Shown here: one piece after another, positions 1 to 8,200 of the stretch | How positions within the stretch are numbered: the stretch's first letter is position 1 | How the letters are laid out: every line of letters starts with the position of its first letter | Assembly: GCA_963755915.1 (NCBI GenBank) | Contig: CAVWLP010000002.1 | Location: 3,104,001 to 3,168,000, forward strand | Length of the DNA: 64,000 nt | Direction of reading: 5' to 3' | Source: an uncultured Phycisphaerales bacterium | GTDB lineage: Bacteria > Planctomycetota > Phycisphaerae > Tepidisphaerales > Tepidisphaeraceae | The notes under the pieces: model-generated | Database searches by the model: none | The model's input: the letters and a program-made list of their open reading frames with translations, nothing else | Told to the model about the DNA's origin: nothing | Translations under genes and position numbers: made by a program

Positions 1-84
1 GCTCAGGGCCCAGAGCAGCGGGCGATCATCGTCGACGATCAAGACACTTGCCGGTCGAGACGTTTGGCGAATGCTAAGCTGCAT
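1..84 (-). CDS. Response regulator receiver protein, 5' part only (runs off window edge)
   Basis: ATG at 84 preceded by AAGGGAG and overlapping the upstream kinase stop; translates MQLSIRQTSRPASVLIVDDDRPLLWALS, with the receiver beta1 motif VLIVDDD. Confidence 0.75.
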   Translation of the reverse strand, partial: MQLSIRQTSRPASVLIVDDDRPLLWALS

Positions 85-1513
85 GGAGAACTCCCTTCAA
101 AGAAGGTTGTTGGATTGGCGGCTGTGAGTCATTTGAAGCCTTGGCCGCCTGGGTCAGATCACGAATGGGCAGGGAGACCCAGAACGTGGCGCCCTGCTGG
201 GGCTTGGAATCGATCCAGATGCGGCCGCCGTGCATGCCGATAATCCGGACCACGATGGCCAATCCCATGCCGCTGCCTTCCTTGTCGGTCCGCAGCCGCT
301 TGAACGGCTCCAGAATCTGGGCATGGTGGGCGGGATCGATGCCGTTGCCATTGTCGCGAACGTAAAACTGGTGTTCTTTTTCGGTGCTCACGCAACCGAC
401 GGTAATGCGCGGGTGCGGATTGTCGCAGCCATATTTCATGGCGTTGGTGATGAGGTTCTCAAAAACTTCGGTGAACCAGCGGGCATCGGCTAGAACGTGT
501 GGGAGCTTGGTCTCAATTTCAAAAGCCGCGTTTAGCTTCTCGAAGCGCGGTTTGAATTCTTCGCCGATTGAATGCAGCAGGGAATCGGCATCGACGTCAA
601 CCAGCTCGAAGCGCACCTTGCCGATCTTGCTGAGATTGAGCAGATCTTCGATCAATTGCCGCATGCGGGTGGCGGAGCGTTCGATGCGGTCGATCGAGTC
701 GATGGACTCGTCCACTCGGCCTGCCTTAACGTCGTCGCGCAACATGCCGGTGAGGCCAAGGCAGGTTACGACGGGGCTCTTCAGATCGTGGGAAACGGTG
801 TTGAGGAACTGTTCCATTTCCTGGTTTTTCTGAGCCAGTTCAGCGGTGCGCTGCTCGATCACCCCTTCAAGCTCGGCGTGAATGCGTCGCATCTCAAGTT
901 CAGTCTTTCGGCGCTGGACGATTTCGCGCTGAAATTCGACGGGACTTCGCAACGTGGCGACTTTGGGCACTGTGGGGACGAAGACCATGACCGTTGCCAG
1001 GGACAGCAGCGCGGCGGCGGCGAGGACCAGAGTGGCCAGGCGATATGCCGGCCACCAGAACATCAAGCCGTCGAGGAGATGGGTCGCGCCGCCGGCGATG
1101 AAGAAGATGGCGGATATCCAAAAGAGCCAGGAAAATGGAGCGCCGCGTCGGAGGCGATAGACGTGCCACAGGGCCGCGCCGATTACGCCGTAGGAGGCCG
1201 CGATGAGCAGATCGGCCGCGATATGCAGCCAGGCGTGGGGGGTTGCCCAGGTTTCGGTTTGCCATCGGGGACGAAAACCGGCGGTGTCGAAGGCATTGTG
1301 CACGAAGGCGATGGCGGCATTCGCGCCGGCGGCGAGATTGTGATCGGCGGAAACCGCGCGGGGCAGGGGAGGAAGCGTAGCGTGGCCTCCGTCGCTTGCC
1401 GCTGCCACCGCGGCCAGGACGATCGTCAGGATAAAAATCCCCAGGGCAACGAGCGGGTGGGCCGGAGGCTTATGTCCGGTCTGGCGGCGAATTTGATTTG
1501 CATCACCCGTCAT
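74..1513 (-). CDS. Membrane sensor histidine kinase with ethylene-receptor-like TM sensor, HisKA and HATPase
   Basis: H-box VSHDLKSP, N-box ENLITNAMKY, G1 DNGNGI, G2 GSGMGL; TM region ADLLIAASY...GGATH resembles the ETR1 ethylene-binding domain. Confidence 0.9.
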   Translation of the reverse strand: MTGDANQIRRQTGHKPPAHPLVALGIFILTIVLAAVAAASDGGHATLPPLPRAVSADHNLAAGANAAIAFVHNAFDTAGFRPRWQTETWATPHAWLHIAADLLIAASYGVIGAALWHVYRLRRGAPFSWLFWISAIFFIAGGATHLLDGLMFWWPAYRLATLVLAAAALLSLATVMVFVPTVPKVATLRSPVEFQREIVQRRKTELEMRRIHAELEGVIEQRTAELAQKNQEMEQFLNTVSHDLKSPVVTCLGLTGMLRDDVKAGRVDESIDSIDRIERSATRMRQLIEDLLNLSKIGKVRFELVDVDADSLLHSIGEEFKPRFEKLNAAFEIETKLPHVLADARWFTEVFENLITNAMKYGCDNPHPRITVGCVSTEKEHQFYVRDNGNGIDPAHHAQILEPFKRLRTDKEGSGMGLAIVVRIIGMHGGRIWIDSKPQQGATFWVSLPIRDLTQAAKASNDSQPPIQQPSLKGVLHAA

Positions 1514-1525
1514 GGGATTGCGCCT

Positions 1526-1906
1526 TTACGCGGCCCGGCGGCCGTCGATCGCCTCGCGAATCGCTTCCATCACCTGCTTGGCCTGGTAGGGCTTGGCGAC
1601 AAAATTGGTGGCGCCCGCGTCGAGCGCCGCCCGGCGGGCCAACTGGTGCGTGATCGCCGACATGATGATGATCGGGGTCGTGCTGAGGCGGTCGGCTTCG
1701 CGAAGCGTGCGGCAGACCTGCAGTCCGTCCATTCCCGGCATATTGACGTCGAGAATGACAAGCTGCGGCAGGATCTGCTGGGCGGTGGCGACGCCGTCCT
1801 GCCCGTTATAGGCAACGTGCACGCCATATCCGGCCGCCTCGAGGCGAATCTGCAGCGCCTCGACAAGCCTGGGGTCGTCATCAATCAATAGGATCTTGTC
1901 AGACAT
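1526..1906 (-). CDS. Single-domain response regulator (CheY-like)
   Basis: ILLIDDD, LDVNMPGMDG, IMSA, AKPY. Confidence 0.93.
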   Translation of the reverse strand: MSDKILLIDDDPRLVEALQIRLEAAGYGVHVAYNGQDGVATAQQILPQLVILDVNMPGMDGLQVCRTLREADRLSTTPIIIMSAITHQLARRAALDAGATNFVAKPYQAKQVMEAIREAIDGRRAA

Positions 1907-3473
1907 AGCTGAAATTCCTCCCTAGCGCCTCGAAAAGGGCTGCCTGAAGTTCTGCCGGGTCGGCGTTGCGCTTCCACGGCCCGGCGACCTTGATTTCCAA
2001 TTCGGTGGGTTGTTGACCCATGGATCGATAAAAGCGCGCGATGGACTCGCGAATTTTCCCGGACCAGGTGTCGGGATTGCTGCAAATACCGAGCATATTC
2101 ACCGACTGGTCCTCGGCGCTTTGAAGCGCCAGGTCCATCGGATAGGAGCAGGAGGCGATCAGGCGCCTCAGCATCGCCCGGTCTCCATCGCCGCGCCAGC
2201 GAACCTGGAGCATTCTCAGATCATCCGGCTTGTCAACGGCGCGAATGCTTTGCAGGTAGCAGTGTAAAACGCGCATCAGATCGTTTCCCGGCATCGTGAA
2301 ACTGAAGGTGCTGCCTTTGCCGAATTCGCTTTGCACGTCCACTGTTCCAAGATTGAACCAGACCAGTTGCTGGACAATGCTTAGTCCAAGCCCAAAGCCC
2401 TTGGTGCCGGACATCTGCGGAGTTTCGATCTGCTTGAAGCGATCGAAAATGAATTTCAGGTCTTCGGGTTGCAGACCGGGTCCTTCATCGGTGATTCTGA
2501 TGCGGACATCGCCGTCATCCGTCGCGGCGGCGGACAGCTTCAGAGGTTTGCCCTGAGGGCTCACCTTGATGGCGTTGACGGCGAGATTGGTGATCACCCT
2601 GCCGGCCTTGGAAATATCGGCGAAGAAGACTGCTGAGCCGTCGACCTGGGAAATATCGATCGAAATTCCCTTCGGCTGAGCGCGGGCGGTGAGAATGGGC
2701 ACGACCGAATCGAAAAGCTCCTGCACCGAGTGCGGCTCCCGATCGATCGAAAGGGCCCGCGCCTTGAGTTTGCTGGAGTCGAGGAAATCGTCGATCATCT
2801 CGGACATCTCATGGCTGGCGGTCATGATGACGCCGAGATGATCGCGTTGGCGACTGGTGACGGGACCGCCCATGCCGTCTGCAATGATCGACGCGTATTG
2901 ACCGATTACGGTCAGCGGGGTTCTGAGATCATGGGCCACGTCGTCCACAAAACGATGGGCGGTCTCCGTCAGCTCCCTCAAATTCTTGTTGCTCGCCTCC
3001 AGTTCGACGTTCACCAGCTTCAGCTCGCGGGTGAGGGTGTTGTTTCTCGTTTCGAGGCGGTAGCGATGCACCGCTTCGCGAATGGCGCGGCCGAGCAGCG
3101 AGTTCTCCGCGACCGCGTCGGCCTTGGCCAGGTAATTCGCCGCGCCGGCGCGGAATGCCGCCGCGGTCACGTTGGCGTCGTTCTGGTTCGTCAGCAGCAG
3201 CACCGGCCCGACGCCGGCGTTCACCAGCTTGGGAATCCAATCCAGCCCGGTGCAGCCCGGCATGTTGTAGTCGATCAGGATCACGCAGATCGGGTCGGCC
3301 GGGAGGTTCACGACCGCCTCCACCGGATCGGAATAGGTCTTAATTTCCAGTGGGCCGGCGGTCGCGAACTCCGTCCGCTGCGCCTGCAGCCGACGCTGCA
3401 GGACGTGCAGAAAATCCGCATCGTCATCGATCAACACGAGGGTGCGAACCGTGCTTGAATCTTCGGTTGCCAT
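1899..3473 (-). CDS. Hybrid histidine kinase (REC-HisKA-HATPase) with ~130 aa C-terminal extension
   Basis: LIDDD/DYNMP receiver, VAHDLRTP H-box, NLAVNAIK, DEGPG, GFGLGL. Confidence 0.9.
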   Translation of the reverse strand: MATEDSSTVRTLVLIDDDADFLHVLQRRLQAQRTEFATAGPLEIKTYSDPVEAVVNLPADPICVILIDYNMPGCTGLDWIPKLVNAGVGPVLLLTNQNDANVTAAAFRAGAANYLAKADAVAENSLLGRAIREAVHRYRLETRNNTLTRELKLVNVELEASNKNLRELTETAHRFVDDVAHDLRTPLTVIGQYASIIADGMGGPVTSRQRDHLGVIMTASHEMSEMIDDFLDSSKLKARALSIDREPHSVQELFDSVVPILTARAQPKGISIDISQVDGSAVFFADISKAGRVITNLAVNAIKVSPQGKPLKLSAAATDDGDVRIRITDEGPGLQPEDLKFIFDRFKQIETPQMSGTKGFGLGLSIVQQLVWFNLGTVDVQSEFGKGSTFSFTMPGNDLMRVLHCYLQSIRAVDKPDDLRMLQVRWRGDGDRAMLRRLIASCSYPMDLALQSAEDQSVNMLGICSNPDTWSGKIRESIARFYRSMGQQPTELEIKVAGPWKRNADPAELQAALFEALGRNFSYV

Positions 3474-3475
3474 GG

Positions 3476-3967
3476 TTATGCCTCTCCAATTGCCGTTGCT
3501 CCGCTGGCGGCAGTCATCGGGAAATCCGCGGTCTTCTGGGTATTCTCGGCCTCGCCATCACACAGCGCACGCGTCTGCGAAGCCAGTTCCACCATCTTCA
3601 ACAGGCTCGCGAAATTCACCGGCTTATGGATCAGACCGAACGCGCCCAGTTGCTTCGCCCGCACGTCCAGTTGCGGGGAATTCTGCCCTGTAATGTAGAT
3701 TACAGGAATTCCCTGGGTCTCCGGCAGCTTGTTGATGCGCTCGATGACGCCAAACCCATTGCCGCTGCCGCTCAGGATCAGCCGGCTGCCCTCGTCCATC
3801 CAGATATCGATGACCATGACATCGGGCTTGTGCTTCTGGGCATGGGCCACGGCGGCGTCGGCGTTGATGCAGGTGATCACTTCATAGCCATGCACCAGGA
3901 GCTGGATCTCCAGCCCGGAGCGAAGGTCCGAATTGTCATCAGCGATCAAAACTTTTGTCTTTCTCAT
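3476..3967 (-). CDS. Response regulator receiver protein
   Basis: VLIADDN, IDIWM, YITG, HKP. Confidence 0.88.
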   Translation of the reverse strand: MRKTKVLIADDNSDLRSGLEIQLLVHGYEVITCINADAAVAHAQKHKPDVMVIDIWMDEGSRLILSGSGNGFGVIERINKLPETQGIPVIYITGQNSPQLDVRAKQLGAFGLIHKPVNFASLLKMVELASQTRALCDGEAENTQKTADFPMTAASGATAIGEA

Positions 3968-4024
3968 AAGCGTTCCTCAGTAAGAGTTAATTTTTCCATC
4001 GCATCATTCGTACAATAGGTTTAG

Positions 4025-5233
4025 CTACGGGGCAGGGGCTGATAACTCGCGATGAGCGGCATCGTGGATGTCGTCCACCTGCGGGGTTGAAACGTCCTGT
4101 CCGGCGACCTGGCAGGAAGCCGCCAGCTCCTTCGCCGCGGCGGTGAGGGCTTCGAGCTTGGCAAGGTGGCCGGCGTCGGCCTCGGAGGTAAAGCGCCCGC
4201 GAAATAGGGCCATTTCCTCGCCGGCCTCGTTGAATTTCGCGATAAAACGGCTCAATTCGAGATTGTCCGACTCGACCGAGGTCTGGTCGTCAAACGTCAC
4301 CAGAACGCCTCGGCAGGCGCCGTGGGGATCCACGATGGGTGACGCATTGATCTTCAGCCGGCGTTCATGGCGGCTTCCCACCTGGAGGCGAAGCTGCACG
4401 CCGCGCTGGGGTAAATTGCTCTCCTGGACGGCTTTCCAGGGGTAGGCCTCCGGGTTATTCGGACGGTCCGGAGCCAGCCAAGGCAGCGAAGTCAGGGGTT
4501 TTCCGATTAGACGGTCCACCGGCAGGTAGGCCAGGCGGCCGAAAGCCTGGTTGGCCATCACGATCTGGTCTTCGTTGTCGAGGATGACCATCCCCTCGAC
4601 GAGCGTGTCCATCATGACCTGCATTCGCTGGGGAACCGCTCCTGACGGATCGAGTGTTTTGAGCATCCGCGACAGAAACAGCCAAAAGAGCAAAAAGCTG
4701 GCTCCCAGGATGAAAAATGCCGGCCGCTGGTTTTGCAGCTCGAATGATTTGAAAAACGACTGCTGCTCATGCAGCGGCCGAAACGCGATCTCCAGCCGGC
4801 CCCACGGAACCTTGTTTTCGTAGAGCGCCACGTGGAGGTGCGTGGGCGTGCTTTCATCGCCGGAAGTTCCGGCCCAGTAGATGTCGTGCCCCGGGGTCTC
4901 CATGGCGATCTTTCCGTCCAGCCGGCGCAACGCCGCCGAACAGATTTCCTCGTGGTTGCGCACCAGCCAGTCGAGAAACGCGCGCGCCCCTGGATAATCG
5001 CCTGCGGCAATCTGCGCCGCCACGCGCGACGACGCCATCTCCGCCAGCACGATACGCACGCGCACCAAAGCCGCGTCCTCGCTCGAGACCAGTTGCAGCG
5101 CCTTGGCGAATTGCAGGACGCATGCCAACAGCATCACCAGTCCCAGCACGATTTGCATCGGTGGGCGGACGCCGGCCCGCTCAAGCCAGCGCTGGGGGCT
5201 TATCCAGGTTCTATAAAACTGGCCCAACGTCAT
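4025..5233 (-). CDS. Membrane-anchored PAS-domain protein with no obvious output domain
   Basis: Two hydrophobic segments flanking an extracytoplasmic region, then PAS (MDTLVEGMVILD...ANQAF...INASPIVD...VTFDDQT); start overlaps the upstream stop (ATGA). Confidence 0.8.
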   Translation of the reverse strand: MTLGQFYRTWISPQRWLERAGVRPPMQIVLGLVMLLACVLQFAKALQLVSSEDAALVRVRIVLAEMASSRVAAQIAAGDYPGARAFLDWLVRNHEEICSAALRRLDGKIAMETPGHDIYWAGTSGDESTPTHLHVALYENKVPWGRLEIAFRPLHEQQSFFKSFELQNQRPAFFILGASFLLFWLFLSRMLKTLDPSGAVPQRMQVMMDTLVEGMVILDNEDQIVMANQAFGRLAYLPVDRLIGKPLTSLPWLAPDRPNNPEAYPWKAVQESNLPQRGVQLRLQVGSRHERRLKINASPIVDPHGACRGVLVTFDDQTSVESDNLELSRFIAKFNEAGEEMALFRGRFTSEADAGHLAKLEALTAAAKELAASCQVAGQDVSTPQVDDIHDAAHRELSAPAP

Positions 5234-8200
5234 TCAAGCAATCCCTTCAATTTCGGCTCCTCCTCGGCAGGCTTGCCGGGTTGCTTTGTTTTGCGCGCAC
5301 GCGACGGATCGAGAATCGAGACCGGGTCCACCCATTTCCACGCCGGCAGAGAGGAAAACATGCTGGCGACGAATGAACCGGGGATGAGCAATTGGGCGAT
5401 GATTCCCGTGGTGACCGCAACGGCCGCGGCAATAATTGATTGCGACGCCTCTACCGGCTCCGCGGAAGCGCTCACCGGCGCGGCCAGGCCAACCGGTAAT
5501 GCGGTGTTCGCCTGAGATAGCACGGGCGGTGTTCCCGCGTGTGCTCCCGGCGCCGTCAGCAAAACGGGCGTCGGCAGCGGCGGATCGATTACCACCACGA
5601 TCGGCTGCACCGTTACGGTCACCGTCTGCGTCGGCGTTGTGGGCGTCGTCGGAGTCGTCGGCGGCGTTGGAATCACCGGAACGATGGGGTTGATCGGCGG
5701 CGTCGGAATGATGGGATTCGTGGGCGGTGTCGGCGCGACCGCGGTGATTGTTACGATGCCGGTGCCGCTGTGCAGCAAATCCGCCGTCGCGCGAATCACG
5801 GCGCTGCCGGGATCGGCCGGGGCGGTATATAGGCCGTTCTGATCGATGGTTCCCTCGCCGGGAAGAACGACCGACCACGTAAACGCCGGCTGTGTGGTCA
5901 TCGGCTTGCCAAATTGATCCAGGGCCACCGCGGTGAACTGCTCAGTACCGTCGACGAGAACCGTCGAAGTTGCCGGTGTGACAGTCACCGTTGTCAGCGT
6001 CTGATCGACTACGACGTTTACGCTGCTTTGGGCCGTGTGGGTTCCATCGGAGACGACTACTGTGAACGTATAGTTACCGGACTCGTCGAAAGTGGCGGTC
6101 GTTACGGCCGATGCATCCGTTCCGTTCGAACTGAACAACGGCTTGGCCCCGTTGGGGGAATTGGTAGCGGACCAGGTGTAAGTAAGGCTTTCGACGCCGC
6201 CCAGCTCAGTAGCCGTCACGCTTAGCAAGGTGGTGGTGCCCGTCACGGGGTTGGGGGTCGCCGTTGCCGGGGTCACGATTTCCAGCCCGACATTGTTTGC
6301 GACGGTTACGGAGGCCGTACCGCTGAAGAGCGTGTCTGCGGTCGCGCGCACCGTGGCGGTGCCCGCGGAATCGGGCGCCGTGTAGAGGCCCGAAGAATTT
6401 ACGCTTCCCACGCCAAGCGGATCGATTGACCAGGTGAATCCCGGCTGAGTCGCCATTTGATTTCCGAATTGGTCCAGCCCCGTGGCGGCAAACTGCTGGG
6501 TTTGACCATATCCGAGGCTGGCCGTCGTGGGGGAAACAGTCACTGTCGTGAGCGTTTGCTCGACGGTTACGTTCACGCTGCTATATGTTGTCGCGCTGCC
6601 ATCGGTGATGGCGACCTGGAACGTGTAGTCTCCCGCCTCGTTGAACGTGGCGGTTGTAATGTCTGACAAGCCGCTGCCATTCAGGCTGAAAGTGGGATCC
6701 GCGCCCGCGGGCGCGCTGATGGCACTCCATGTGTAAGTGAGACTCCCCAGCCCGCCCAGATCGACAGCAACAACCGCAAGGACGGTGGTTGTCGCGGTCA
6801 CCGGGTTGGGCGTGGCCGTCGCCGCAACAAGCACCGTCGGCGGGGTGTCGCTGACCGCCACGGATCCCAACGCGCTGTAGAGCGAATCTGCCGTTGCCCG
6901 CACGTCCGCAGTTCCTGTCGAATTCGGCGCCGTGTATAGTCCCGAAGAATTAACGCTTCCCACGCCGAGTGGATCGATCGACCAGGTAAAACCCGGCTGC
7001 GTCGCCATCGGGGCTCCGAATTGATCCAGCGCCGTTGCCGCAAACTGCTGGGTCTGCCGATATCCCAGGCTCGCGCTGCCGGGAGTGACGTTCACCGTTG
7101 TCAGCGTCTGTTCTACGTTAACGTTTACGCTGCTGTATGTGGTCGCATTTCCATCGGTGATTGCAACCTGGAATGTGTAAGCTCCAGCCTCGTTAAAAAT
7201 AACGGTGGTAATGTCTGACAGGCTGCTGCCATTGACGCTAAACGTCGGATTGGCGTTGGCCGGCTGGCTCGTCGCAGTCCAGGTGTAAGTAAGCGTTCCC
7301 AATCCGCCAAGATCGGCAGCGACAACCGTGAGTAGAGTCGATGTCCCAGTGACCGGATTCGGCGTTGCCGTGGCGGGCAAAATCACGGTAGGAGGGGTAT
7401 CGCCCACCGTGACAGATGCCGTGCCGCTGTAAAGAAGGTCAGCCGTTGCTCGCACGGTTGCGTTTCCGGATGTCGCCGGGGACGTGTAGAGCCCCGAAGT
7501 GCTGACGCTCCCGACCCCCAGCGGATCGATTGACCAGGTGAACGTCGGTTGCGTGGCCATTGCGTTGCCGAACTGGTCGAGTGCGGAGGCTGCAAATTGC
7601 TGCGTCTGGTTGTACCCAAGACCGGCGGTCGTTGGAGAGACTGTGACAGTCGTCAGTGTTTGCTCGACCGTCACGTTCACGCTGCTAAAGGTCGTCGCGC
7701 TGCCATCGGTGATGGCGACTTGGAAGGTGTAATCCCCGGCTTCGTTAAAAGTAACAGTCGTAATGTTGGAGAGGCTGCTGCCGTTGAGGCTGAAGGATGG
7801 ATTCGCATCTGCCGGCTCGCTGGTGGCGCTCCAGGTGTAGGTCAGTGTCCCCAGCCCGCCCAGATCGGCAGCAACGACGGTAAGAACAGTCGTTGTGCCG
7901 GTCACCGGGTTCGGTGTCGCCGTCGCGGGAATGATTACGGTAGGGGGGGTATCGCCGACAGTGACCGATGCGGTGCCGCTATAGAGTGTATCGGCCGTGG
8001 CGCGCACCGTTGCAGTTCCAGATGTCGCCGGGGAGGTGTAGAGCCCCGAAGTGCTGACGCTCCCCACGCCCAGTGGGTCGATCGACCACGTGAACGTCGG
8101 CTGCGTGGCCATCGCATTGCCGAACTGGTCCAGCGCGTTGGCCGTGAATTGTTGCGTCTCGTTGTACCCAAGATTCGCAGTCGAGGGAGATACCGTAACG

